Assembly: GCA_048938445.1 (NCBI GenBank)
Contig: JBHLME010000044.1
Span: 1-33,515 of the forward strand
Length of the DNA: 33,515 nucleotides
Source: Promethearchaeota archaeon
GTDB lineage: Archaea; Asgardarchaeota; Lokiarchaeia; Sigyniarchaeales; SOKP01
Direction of reading: 5' to 3'
Every line of letters begins with the position of its first letter. Within the stretch, counting starts at the first letter, position 1. Below, piece after piece: positions 18,016 to 27,932 of the stretch. Below the pieces are notes generated by a model. That model saw nothing but the letters and a program-made list of their open reading frames with translations. It did no database searches and was not told the origin of the DNA. Made by a program: the position numbers and the translations under genes.

Positions 18016-19455
18016 ATGAAAATTGTTTTAATTTTTCCAGTTCCAATGGATTTAAATCGAAAAGACCCCAAACCTATGTTTGCTAGCTTCGCAGAGCCAC
18101 TGGGATTATTATATATTGCGGGGGTTTTAATGGAAGAGGGATATGATGTATCGATATTAGATCATGGTGCTACAGATTATACATTTTCTCAAGTATTAAA
18201 TTGGATAAAAAAGGAGGATCCAGATGTTTTAGGTATTTCGGTTCTAACTCGTTCCTTCCTCTCTGGAATCAAAATAGCGAAGTTAGCAAAGGAATGGAAT
18301 CCAAATATAACGATTATTTTAGGTAATTATCAAACTGTCTGTGCTGAAAGGATATTAAAGAAATATAATTTCATAGATTTTTGTATCAGAGGTGAAGGTG
18401 AATATACAATGCTTGAATTATTACCAGTAATTCAAAAAAAACAAACAAATTACGAAGATATTAAGGGAATTTATTATAGAAAAAATGGAATTGTTAAATC
18501 AACTGCACCTCGTGAATTAGAAAAAGATATAGATAAATTTCCAATTCCTGATCGTAAAATATGTCAAGGATTTAAATATAAGATGTCTATGGGGAGCCTG
18601 GATATTTCTACTGAAAAATCTGGAACGATAATAATGAGCCGTGGATGTCCTTATCAATGCCGGTTCTGTTCAGTTAATCATGAAAATTGGCGACATAGGT
18701 CAGTGAGGAATATAATTCAAGAATTACACCTTTTAGAGTCTGAAGGATATCGAGAAATTATGATTATGGATGACAATTTTACAATAAATCCTAAATGGGT
18801 AAAACAAATCTGTAAGAGCATTATTAAAGAAAAAATTGATTTGATTTTTCATTGTGAAGCTAGAATCGAAGGAACCAAAGAAATGTATGAATACATGAAT
18901 AAGGCTAATGTCAAAACTATTTTTTATGGTATGGAATCCGGTAGCCAACGAGTATTAGATTATTATCAAAAAAATATAACTCCCTCTCAGTGTAAATTGG
19001 CATTAAAAAAAGCTCGGAATGCTGGAATTGATATGCTATTCGCATCCTTTATTCTTGGGGCACCTATTGAAAATCTTAATGATATCCAAAAAACCATAAA
19101 TTTTGCTTTAAGTTCTGACATTGATTATGCCATGTTTCACGTATTTGAAGTATTTCCTGGTATTAAAATCTGGGATGAATTAGTTGAACAAAACAAGATA
19201 GATGAAAATAAATACTGGGAAACAGGAGTTCGAGTAGCTGAACTTCCATTTTATAATATTGATTTAGAATTATTAATCGATATAATAAGAAAAACTTATA
19301 AGAAATTTTATTCATTAGCAAGACCAAAATTCATTTTTAAACAATTTGCAAGGTCATTAAGAAGTCCGTATCGCCGTGATAAATTAAAAAATCTAGGCAA
19401 AGATTTTCGTTCTTCATTAAGGATGTTGGATTCGTTAAGTGAAAAAAGATTCTGA
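18016..19455 (+). CDS. B12-binding radical SAM enzyme (class B)
   Basis: EPLGL, RGEGE, SRGCPYQCRFC, MDDNF and GMESG. ATG 18016 (MKIVLIFP) aligns with the paralog starts; the alternative GTG at 17983 overlaps the upstream stop. Confidence 0.9.
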   Translation: MKIVLIFPVPMDLNRKDPKPMFASFAEPLGLLYIAGVLMEEGYDVSILDHGATDYTFSQVLNWIKKEDPDVLGISVLTRSFLSGIKIAKLAKEWNPNITIILGNYQTVCAERILKKYNFIDFCIRGEGEYTMLELLPVIQKKQTNYEDIKGIYYRKNGIVKSTAPRELEKDIDKFPIPDRKICQGFKYKMSMGSLDISTEKSGTIIMSRGCPYQCRFCSVNHENWRHRSVRNIIQELHLLESEGYREIMIMDDNFTINPKWVKQICKSIIKEKIDLIFHCEARIEGTKEMYEYMNKANVKTIFYGMESGSQRVLDYYQKNITPSQCKLALKKARNAGIDMLFASFILGAPIENLNDIQKTINFALSSDIDYAMFHVFEVFPGIKIWDELVEQNKIDENKYWETGVRVAELPFYNIDLELLIDIIRKTYKKFYSLARPKFIFKQFARSLRSPYRRDKLKNLGKDFRSSLRMLDSLSEKRF

Positions 19456-19478
19456 ATAAAGTTCAACTAATAATTATA

Positions 19479-20042
19479 TTAGAAAATAATAACGGCCATA
19501 ATAATGCTCACTATTAGTGCTATTGAATTTGTGATAATCCCAAAAATCCCAAATATACTTCCAGCTTTTTCGATGCTATTTATTTGTTCCAAATTTTCTG
19601 CCTTCCTACTCTCTACTCTAGATAAAATTCCTAATGTTAATCCAAATATATGAAGGCATATGACTAGTATTAGTAATATGAATAATATTCTTTTAATCTC
19701 GCTTTCACTATAATTAAAGTAAGAAAATTGGAACATTGATCGTAAAAATATATATCTCATAGCATAAGAACCAAAATAATAAGCGAATATTCCTATCCCA
19801 ATAGAAATTAATGCAAATCCTAAACACTTTTTTGAATGTGGCCCCGGCACTCCTTTTTCTTGCTTGTAACCTGGAAAATAATCAGGCGCGGGAAGTGGTT
19901 TAGTTCTAGGTATTGCTAAGTATTGAGTACTATCAGTTCTTGATTGAGATGTTTTAGATATAATTGTGAGATCATTTCCACAGTGAACACAAAACCTCTG
20001 ATTTGGCACTTTCAATTCTTTTCCACAATTAGGACAATACAT
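19479..20042 (-). CDS. Zinc-ribbon-domain membrane protein
   Basis: MYCPNCG...RFCVHCG, a Pro-rich linker and three TM helices. Confidence 0.8.
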   Translation of the reverse strand: MYCPNCGKELKVPNQRFCVHCGNDLTIISKTSQSRTDSTQYLAIPRTKPLPAPDYFPGYKQEKGVPGPHSKKCLGFALISIGIGIFAYYFGSYAMRYIFLRSMFQFSYFNYSESEIKRILFILLILVICLHIFGLTLGILSRVESRKAENLEQINSIEKAGSIFGIFGIITNSIALIVSIIMAVIIF

Positions 20043-20127
20043 GACTTATCATCTAAATATGTTTTAAATAATATAATATGGATTATTAAAAGTCATAAAA
20101 ATATTAATATTAATTTTTTTTCATTCT

Positions 20128-20640
20128 TTAAGTTCGTAAAAGTAGAAATGGAAATACAAGTAATATTACTACTATTACTATTACATTAATGATAATCCCT
20201 ATTATCCCGAACACGTTTCCAACTTGCTGAACAGCATTATCTGGTTCCATTTTATCCGCTTTTATACTTTTTAGTTTAGACAAAATACCAAATATCAATC
20301 CCACTACATTGATTGCTAGGCATATTATGAATCCTACAATATACAATCTAAATATTATTATCGGACCTGATATTATAATTCCAAGAATTACCAATGCAAT
20401 AGATACTAATGCAAAACCTAAACAATATCTTGAATTTCGGTACGGATCATCTGGCAATGGCTTACTAACAGGAATATAAGTATATCCTGGGATTTTTTGT
20501 GATATCGTATGTGATCTATACTGAGTTCTTTCAGTTCTTAATTGGGGCGTTTCAGAAATGATTGTAAGAGCAGTTCCACAGTTATAGCAATACCTTTGAT
20601 TTGGTATTTTTATTTCTACACCACAGTTAGAGCAAAACAT
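20128..20640 (-). CDS. Zinc-ribbon-domain membrane protein, tandem paralog
   Basis: MFCSNCG...RYCYNCG; shares LTIIS, TQY, CLGFALxSI, GILS and FGIxGII with 19479..20042. Confidence 0.8.
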   Translation of the reverse strand: MFCSNCGVEIKIPNQRYCYNCGTALTIISETPQLRTERTQYRSHTISQKIPGYTYIPVSKPLPDDPYRNSRYCLGFALVSIALVILGIIISGPIIIFRLYIVGFIICLAINVVGLIFGILSKLKSIKADKMEPDNAVQQVGNVFGIIGIIINVIVIVVILLVFPFLLLRT

Positions 20641-20732
20641 ATTTTATCATCCAATTAGATTTTTATCAATGGTTCTAATTTTATGTTATTTATCAATACA
20701 TTTAATTATTAAAGAATTAGCCTCTTGAATAT

Positions 20733-21686
20733 TTATTTTACTTTTAATATATAAGTTACGTAATAAACTAATATGCTTGTAATTAAAGTAAATTTAAATA
20801 ACTTGTAAATAATATCGAATTTTTTCATGAGTTTGATGATTAAATATATGATAAGAAAAGAAAGAGCGATACATGAAGCTAATAGTATCATATTAAAAAT
20901 CACAAAACTGCATACAAATAGAGCTATTAAAACCAAAAAAAGAGTATTTAGCTGAACAAATTCCCAAACGGAATTTTTGCTAAATATTGGTTCTGTTTTA
21001 AAAGAAAGCTCCATATTATGAAGAATTGATAACATTGAATAATATTTCCCATATTGTACATATTTTTTAATATTATGAAGAGGAGGTCTAATACCAATAT
21101 GAACAACCAATCCTTTAGGAGCATAAATTAATTTAAATCCCTTTTTTAATGCCCTCCATGAAAATTCTAAATCTTCAACTCTATAATTTAAAAAACCTCC
21201 AATTGAAATCCATAAGTTTTTTTTAAAAACCATGTTACTCGTATCAAGAAAATTCATCGGGGAATCTTTTTTTATAATTATATCGTTTTTCATATTGAAT
21301 GGGATTAATTTTGTTTCTGATCTGTCGCAAGATACAATCCTTCCTCCAACCATATCATAATTATTCAAATAAGGTATTAAATTTTTTAACCAATTCCTTG
21401 ACACAAAGCAATCAGAATCAGTTAGGGCAATAATATCATATTTCGCTTTTTTAATACCAATATTTCTTGCTTCCGCTGATCCAACAGGTTTATTTAAAAG
21501 TATTGATTTTATTGGATATTTCTTTAATAAGTCTTTTGTGTTATCTTTTGAACAATCATCAACAATTATTATTTCATATTGCGAATAATTCAAATTTAAT
21601 AAATTTTTAATAAGATTATCAATAAGATAGCCTCTGTTCTTTATAGGAATAACTATTGATACAGGTTTTAGAATAGAACTCAACAC
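20733..21686 (-). CDS. GT2 glycosyltransferase with C-terminal TM helices
   Basis: VSIVIP, VDDCSKD, ARNIG, TDSDC (DxD) and VEDLEF motifs. Confidence 0.9.
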   Translation of the reverse strand: MLSSILKPVSIVIPIKNRGYLIDNLIKNLLNLNYSQYEIIIVDDCSKDNTKDLLKKYPIKSILLNKPVGSAEARNIGIKKAKYDIIALTDSDCFVSRNWLKNLIPYLNNYDMVGGRIVSCDRSETKLIPFNMKNDIIIKKDSPMNFLDTSNMVFKKNLWISIGGFLNYRVEDLEFSWRALKKGFKLIYAPKGLVVHIGIRPPLHNIKKYVQYGKYYSMLSILHNMELSFKTEPIFSKNSVWEFVQLNTLFLVLIALFVCSFVIFNMILLASCIALSFLIIYLIIKLMKKFDIIYKLFKFTLITSILVYYVTYILKVK

Positions 21687-21762
21687 TATATTTTAATTTA
21701 AAAAATTACATAGTTTAAATATATTGAAATTTTTTAATCTGATTAAACGAACTTAAAATAAA

Positions 21763-22794
21763 ATGGGTAATAAAAAATATAAGATCTTAAAAAAATTGGG
21801 CCTTAGCTACTTAAAAAGAATTCTAAAACTAACAAAAGGTCCTGTATTTGTTAGTATATTTTTTACCCGAGATTGTAATTATAATTGTTCTTACTGTGGC
21901 ACTTCAAAAAGACAGAAAAAACCAGATATTTCCTTAAGACAATGGAAAAATATAATTAATCAATTATATAATCAGGGTTGTTGTTTTATAACTATCTATG
22001 GTGGTGAACCAACACTTCGGTCAGATTTAGGAGAATTATTAAAGCATTGCATAGATTTAAATATATTTACACTTGTAGTAACAAACGGATCTCTATTAAA
22101 TGAAGATTTACTTGAAGAATTTGCTTCATATGGATATTTTCTTCTAGGTATAGGTCTTGATAGTCTTTCAGAAACTAGTTTTAGTTCTAAAAAATATCGT
22201 CCGGAATTAATTGAATTGCTTCATAAAATAAAAGAAAAATATCCTGACAACATAGATTATAATTTTCATATTATCATCACTAAAGAAAGTGTAAAAGAAA
22301 TAATACCATTAATAAAAACTATTAATAATAAATTAGATTGTCGATATTCGATAGATCCCGTCCACTCATCATTGAGTTCGGATGAAAAATATCAATTCAG
22401 AGGTTTTTGTCCAAATTTATTAGTAAAAAAAGAAGTTATGAATCGATTGAGAAACGTTATTCGAAATTTAAAAAAACATGGTATCTATATCTGGGGCCCT
22501 AATGTCTATTATTATTATATGGTAAAATGGTATCAAAGAAAATATTTTTGGGATTGTGATGCTGGTGATTTATATTATGCGATTGATAATGATGGAACTG
22601 TAATGCTCTGTGAAGATGTAAATACTGATATTCAATTTAATGATTTCATCAAATTACCCAGGAAAAAAAGAATTAAGATTATTAAAAAATTTAAATTTAA
22701 ATATTGTACTTGTTTTAAACCATGTTATTGGAATCCTACTAATTTAGTTAAGCATCCTATTAGAAATCTTATATATAAATTTAGATTTAAATAA
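21763..22794 (+). CDS. Radical SAM enzyme with twitch/SPASM-like auxiliary Cys
   Basis: CNYNCSYC, YGGEP and VTNG; C-terminal CDAG...DGTVMLC...CTCFKPC. Confidence 0.88.
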   Translation: MGNKKYKILKKLGLSYLKRILKLTKGPVFVSIFFTRDCNYNCSYCGTSKRQKKPDISLRQWKNIINQLYNQGCCFITIYGGEPTLRSDLGELLKHCIDLNIFTLVVTNGSLLNEDLLEEFASYGYFLLGIGLDSLSETSFSSKKYRPELIELLHKIKEKYPDNIDYNFHIIITKESVKEIIPLIKTINNKLDCRYSIDPVHSSLSSDEKYQFRGFCPNLLVKKEVMNRLRNVIRNLKKHGIYIWGPNVYYYYMVKWYQRKYFWDCDAGDLYYAIDNDGTVMLCEDVNTDIQFNDFIKLPRKKRIKIIKKFKFKYCTCFKPCYWNPTNLVKHPIRNLIYKFRFK

Positions 22795-22811
22795 AAATTA
22801 TTAATTAAAAA

Positions 22812-23594
22812 TTGCCCTTTATTACCATAAATCAACTGGAAATTTTCTACATTGAAAACAATATCTCAGGTACTCCTTTATTATTTATTCATGGATGGTT
22901 GGGAAGTTCGCCTGAATGGATTCATCAATTTAATTATTTTAAATCAAAAGCGCATATTATAATATTAGATTTACCTGGTTTTGGAAAATCAAATAAACCA
23001 AAAACAAGATATTCTATTGAATTTTTTACCAAACATATATTAGATTTTATTAAATTACGCGGATATCAGGAAGTTATTCTTATTGGTCATTCTTTAGGAG
23101 GAATGATCGCACAAAATATCACTATTCAAAAACCAACATTAGTAAAAAAACTCATCTTAATTAGTACTGCTGCAACATTTTCTCAATCAATCAAAAAAAA
23201 AATTACGTTATTTTGGGTAAATATAATCTTTAAATTAACTTATAAGAGTTTTTTAAAAAATAGTATAAAACAAATTTTATCAATAAAAAGTGAAAATAGG
23301 GAATTTAAAAAACTTTATAATAATACTTTGAAAATTCCGAAGTCTGTAGTGTTGAGTACTTTTAAAAATATGACCTCTAAATTTAATTTGAATAAAAAAT
23401 TATCCAGAATTTTTCACCCAACTTTGCTAATATATGGTAAAGAAGATCGAATAATTTCTAGATCATCAATAAAAAATTTGGGTAATTTAATTCCTAATTC
23501 GGAGGTATATATTATTGAAAATAGCCCACATAGGGTAATGGTTGAAAATTATATAGAAGTAAATAAAATTATTGATGATTTTATTAATAAGTAA
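22812..23594 (+). CDS. Alpha/beta hydrolase
   Basis: HG oxyanion motif, DLPGFGKS, GHSLGG nucleophile elbow, GKED acid and a C-terminal His (SPH). Confidence 0.92.
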   Translation: MPFITINQLEIFYIENNISGTPLLFIHGWLGSSPEWIHQFNYFKSKAHIIILDLPGFGKSNKPKTRYSIEFFTKHILDFIKLRGYQEVILIGHSLGGMIAQNITIQKPTLVKKLILISTAATFSQSIKKKITLFWVNIIFKLTYKSFLKNSIKQILSIKSENREFKKLYNNTLKIPKSVVLSTFKNMTSKFNLNKKLSRIFHPTLLIYGKEDRIISRSSIKNLGNLIPNSEVYIIENSPHRVMVENYIEVNKIIDDFINK

Positions 23595-24681
23595 TTTCAA
23601 ACTTTTTATTTGTCTCTTCTTTTTCAGATTCGGTTAATTCTCTCACAACTTTAGCAGGAGAACCAATTGCAATAGAATATGGTGGAATATCATCTGCCAC
23701 TACTGAACTTGCTCCAATAATCGAACCTCGTCCAATTGTAACTCCTGGTAAAATAAGAGAGTAAGCACCGATTCTCGCATTTTCACAGATTTTAATAGGT
23801 CCAAAACTAAAGCTTCCATGTTTTATATGCATTGCGTTATGAGTTAATAATTTTACACCTATTCCACAGCCACTACCATCCTCAAATTCAATTAATTCTG
23901 GTAAGAGGGGGTCAGGTATTGCCTTTTCAGAAATATGGCAATTTTTTCCTATTTTCATTCCTATAAATCGAAATAATTTATTTCTCGCTCGTGGCCAACC
24001 AGCTAAATATGTAACTATTAAGGAGAATAAATGATTAAAAGCTCCTTTAATAAACCATGAAATTGAAAATCCCTGGCTCTGAAGATATTTTGCAATAATT
24101 AACATTGGTACAGGTGTGAAAAGATATTCATCAGTTTCTATATTAATATATGTTATTTTCCCCTTAACTTCAATTTTAAAATCCGGTCTTTTATGTTTCC
24201 AAATTTTTTTAGCTTTTCTCAAATCTTTAAAAAAAACCAACAGGTCCGTAATTACTACCACTAAGATTAGACTTAGAGCAAAATTAATAGGCAAAAAAAG
24301 CAAACATAACATTAACCTTGTATTTAGAGTTAAATCTCTATTAAATAATATACCAAAATAAGTATAATAAACTACAATAAAGGTAATCATTACAAAGCCT
24401 AGTAAACTAAAAATATATATTTTTGAACCAGTTAATTGCCTAGTTTTTGCTAAGTTATATCCTAAGACATATAATGGAAGCAAAACCGCATATGCAATTA
24501 TAACTCCACCATAGACAAAAATACTATATTTGTAAAAAATTAATGATAACCAAAATACTATATAATTATATATTAGATCTATCCATGGAATTGAAAAAAA
24601 AATTCGATGTATCACCAATAAAATGACAAATGTTACATTTAAGAGTAAAAAACTAAATGAAATTATAAATCCTTTTTTCAT
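23584..24681 (-). CDS. Hexapeptide-repeat (left-handed beta-helix) O-acyltransferase with an N-terminal four-TM anchor
   Basis: GMKIGKNCHI, LLTHN and IGAYSLILPGVTIGRGSIIGASSVVADDIPPYSIAIGSPAKVVR; the first ~150 aa are hydrophobic. Confidence 0.85.
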   Translation of the reverse strand: MKKGFIISFSFLLLNVTFVILLVIHRIFFSIPWIDLIYNYIVFWLSLIFYKYSIFVYGGVIIAYAVLLPLYVLGYNLAKTRQLTGSKIYIFSLLGFVMITFIVVYYTYFGILFNRDLTLNTRLMLCLLFLPINFALSLILVVVITDLLVFFKDLRKAKKIWKHKRPDFKIEVKGKITYINIETDEYLFTPVPMLIIAKYLQSQGFSISWFIKGAFNHLFSLIVTYLAGWPRARNKLFRFIGMKIGKNCHISEKAIPDPLLPELIEFEDGSGCGIGVKLLTHNAMHIKHGSFSFGPIKICENARIGAYSLILPGVTIGRGSIIGASSVVADDIPPYSIAIGSPAKVVRELTESEKEETNKKFEITY

Positions 24682-24768
24682 TTTAACAATTATTCTCTAA
24701 TTGAATTTAAAATATTATAGAATAATAAAAAATCATCTTTTAATAATAAATGGATTTTCGATTCTGAA

Positions 24769-25518
24769 ATGCATGCTCCTAAAATATCTGTCATTATCCC
24801 AACATATAATGAGGAAACTAACATAAAAGAAACTTTGATAGCTATTAAAAAGCAACAATGCGATTTTCCATATGAAATTATAGTAGCTGATGGACAAAGC
24901 TCCGATAAAACTGTCTCTATTGCTAAAAAATTTGCGAAAGTATATATATCACCTCAAAAGGGTAAGGCATTTCAATTAAATCATGTTGTCCCAAAATCAT
25001 CTGGAGATCTTCTTCTATTTTTGGACGCTGATACATTGATAGATCCATTATTTTTACAAAAGATCTACAAAATTTTTAAAAAAGATAAAAATCTATTTGC
25101 CTGTAGCGCTAGATTTAAATATTATAATGGAAAATGCCTTTCTTTAAAATTAGGTTCATTAAAATTTATTATAACATCATATTTTTTTCAAAATATTAAT
25201 ATGCATTTATATTATTTTTTTAAAACCTTATTTGGCTATCCTGAACTCTCTGGGTGTAATATAATCGTTAGAAAAGATATATTCTTAAAAGCAGGTGGAT
25301 TTAAGCAACCGCCTAATTCATTAGGAATCGATAAGGTTTTCTCAGATTCTTTAATATATCTAATAAGAAAGATGAAAAAGGGTAAAATTAAAACCTTAAA
25401 TTTTATTTCAGTTTTAACAAGTGGAAGACATTTAAACATGCGTCGTAGTTTAAAACGCATTAGCCAATATCATTCAGAAAAGGATTTGTATAATCAATTA
25501 GCAAAAAAAGTCGAATAA
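24769..25518 (+). CDS. GT2 glycosyltransferase (small, soluble type)
   Basis: ISVIIPTYNEE, VADGQSSD, FLDAD (DxD), GGF and TSGR motifs. Confidence 0.9.
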   Translation: MHAPKISVIIPTYNEETNIKETLIAIKKQQCDFPYEIIVADGQSSDKTVSIAKKFAKVYISPQKGKAFQLNHVVPKSSGDLLLFLDADTLIDPLFLQKIYKIFKKDKNLFACSARFKYYNGKCLSLKLGSLKFIITSYFFQNINMHLYYFFKTLFGYPELSGCNIIVRKDIFLKAGGFKQPPNSLGIDKVFSDSLIYLIRKMKKGKIKTLNFISVLTSGRHLNMRRSLKRISQYHSEKDLYNQLAKKVE

Positions 25519-25563
25519 AGGAATTAACTGTGTTAAAAGTTAATTAGATTGTTCTTGTCATTT

Positions 25564-26754
25564 TTACAATTTAAAAGCACTTGAATCAAATAAAGAACTA
25601 CACCCTTTCCCTATCGAAGGAGTTAAGCGTCCTACTATTCGAAAAATAGCGTCATCTCTCCCGCATTCGGGACATTTATTCCAGTTCTCTACTTGAGCAA
25701 TATCGTCCAATAATACTGCCACACCTGCGTAGCTATCTACGCCATAAGGGGTTATTAATTCTAGAATTCCAGACTCTCCTGTCTTTTTTATTGATTCTAA
25801 TGTATTAATATCACGGATTACAACTCTACCTTTGTTCTTATTAACATGGAGTAGGAAATCGTTATAATTTTTTGACCAATGACCCCCACATGCTAATGGA
25901 CTTTCAGTTGCAGCAAAATTATCACAGAATTTATCTGGAGTAATGTTGAACATATCACATATTTGTTCAATAAATTCTGGCTTTTTAACTTTATATCCAA
26001 TTTTAACTCGACCCTTAATTCCGTCCCATCCACCACCACCAGTAATAATATTAAAATGATCACTCATGTCGAAAGTTCTTTTCTCTTTTTGATAATAATC
26101 TTTTAAAACTCTGTGCATCCAAAGTGGAGAGTTGGCCATAATTGTTGGAATTTTATTTTTCTCTACTCGATTAAGTTCAGATTTTAAGTCTTTTCCACTA
26201 ATCCCTATAGCTGCTCGAAGTTTACCCGTTTTAAAAAAATTCTTAAGAGTATGTCCCAAAAAGAATTGTAATAAAAAGTTAATGTGTTTCCCTTCCCAAA
26301 TATCAACAATACTCTTGTATAAAAGATAGGCGTTCTTATTATAAAATTTATGTCTTATTTTGTTAATAATATACATTCTTGGCGCAAATAGAATCAGATT
26401 GTTGACTTTGTCTTTCACTGAAAAAGAATTAAAAATTTCGTTATAATTAGCATTTAAAACTTCAAGATCGCTTTCAAGCCTTCCAACAATACTAGGATCT
26501 CCCGTGGTTGAGGAAGATTCCAACCAATACTCTAATTTTTCAAATGCATTCCCACGTAATAATTCCTTGAATTTGTCATTAGATAATTTGAAAAAACCCC
26601 ATGGGATATATGGTATTTCACCAAGATTAGATTCATTTAAAGTTGTATCAAAATTATATTCAGTTTCATCACAGCGTTTCTTATATATCTTACAATCATC
26701 TGCAGTTTCCTTTATAATTCCTGATAAATCCTTATAAAAATCATTAGAACTCAT
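25564..26754 (-). CDS. LuxE-like acyl-protein synthetase, paralog 2
   Basis: IPYIP, SSSTTGDPSIV, GGGGWDGIKG, GGHWS, ITPYGV, LLDD, CPECG and terminal GKGCSS; collinear with 13632..14936. Confidence 0.8.
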   Translation of the reverse strand: MSSNDFYKDLSGIIKETADDCKIYKKRCDETEYNFDTTLNESNLGEIPYIPWGFFKLSNDKFKELLRGNAFEKLEYWLESSSTTGDPSIVGRLESDLEVLNANYNEIFNSFSVKDKVNNLILFAPRMYIINKIRHKFYNKNAYLLYKSIVDIWEGKHINFLLQFFLGHTLKNFFKTGKLRAAIGISGKDLKSELNRVEKNKIPTIMANSPLWMHRVLKDYYQKEKRTFDMSDHFNIITGGGGWDGIKGRVKIGYKVKKPEFIEQICDMFNITPDKFCDNFAATESPLACGGHWSKNYNDFLLHVNKNKGRVVIRDINTLESIKKTGESGILELITPYGVDSYAGVAVLLDDIAQVENWNKCPECGRDDAIFRIVGRLTPSIGKGCSSLFDSSAFKL

Positions 26755-27065
26755 TGAAAATCCATTTATAATACAATTCTATTCTTTAATAAGTATTTCT
26801 CGTATTTAATTTTTTGTTTAATTATGAATAATGTTGATTTTCAATAATCATTTATTAAAAGTTTGCTATGAATCTACTCTAAAATTAATTCAACTTGATC
26901 TCCCTTAAAATTATATACTCCACCATTAATCAGTAAGTACCTATCTTTTCTTAAGTTATAATGTTTTAATAAATAATTAAAAGTGAGTATTAAGTTATTC
27001 TTTTAATAAAATTTAATTGAAATGAAATTAGTTTATTTCTTATCTTAAAGAATACTGCGTTCATA

Positions 27066-27821
27066 ATGAAAATTGCTCTGACGTTTGATATTGAAAGAGA
27101 TATTCCTAATGTTTTAGATACTTATTTTGGAGTAAAAGTTGGATTATTGAAGATATTAAAGATATTAGATGACTTTAATATTAAAGCAACTTTTTTTTGT
27201 ACTGGAAATGTCGTTGAGCACCATCCAGAATCTATAAAATTAATTGAGAGTAAAGATCATGAAATCGCTTGTCATAGTTTAAATCACGAACGATTAATGC
27301 AACTAGACTTTAAAAAATGTCAAGAAATAATTTATCAGAATAAAAAGATAATAGAAAATACATGTAAAAATTCGGAAATTATTGGTTTTCGAGCCCCTCA
27401 TTTAAGACCTCCAAAATTCTTATTCAAAATCTTACATGATTTAGGATTTAAATATGATTCTTCAATTAGTTCTCCTAAAAAATTGAAAAGTTACCAAATA
27501 AATGATTATCTAATTCAAGAATTTCATCCTTCATATTTTAATATATTATTTAGATTACCAATGGGTTATTCTTTTTTGAGAAGATGGATATATAAAAAGA
27601 ATTTCGTTGTATTATGTTTTCATCCATGGGAAGCGGTAGATATAAAAAAATTGATGTTCACTCAACTAAGCAAGTTCGAAGCAATTAAAAATATTTTACT
27701 TAGACCAGATCGCGTAGGTAATACAGGGAATTCATTTATCACAAAATTTAGAAAATTTATCAAGGAATCCTTATTTAAGAATGCCGAATTTATTAGTTTA
27801 GATCAATTAATTACTGAATGA
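27066..27821 (+). CDS. Polysaccharide deacetylase (CE4/NodB family)
   Basis: LTFD, ATFF, HEIACHSLNH, GFRAP, YDSS and FHPWE motifs. Confidence 0.92.
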   Translation: MKIALTFDIERDIPNVLDTYFGVKVGLLKILKILDDFNIKATFFCTGNVVEHHPESIKLIESKDHEIACHSLNHERLMQLDFKKCQEIIYQNKKIIENTCKNSEIIGFRAPHLRPPKFLFKILHDLGFKYDSSISSPKKLKSYQINDYLIQEFHPSYFNILFRLPMGYSFLRRWIYKKNFVVLCFHPWEAVDIKKLMFTQLSKFEAIKNILLRPDRVGNTGNSFITKFRKFIKESLFKNAEFISLDQLITE

Positions 27822-27932
27822 GATTAGTAAATTAGTATTTCTTTAAAATGATGAGTTTAGAAATTCATTCATAGGTATTATATCAAAAAAATTCTGAGTT
27901 AATAATGGAAGATTTGTTAAAGTATTTGCTGC

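Noticed and set aside
13070-18948. Short minus-strand ORFs 13070-13285, 15675-15923, 17026-17262 and 18733-18948
   Set aside because: Fully antisense to the GT2 and rSAM genes.
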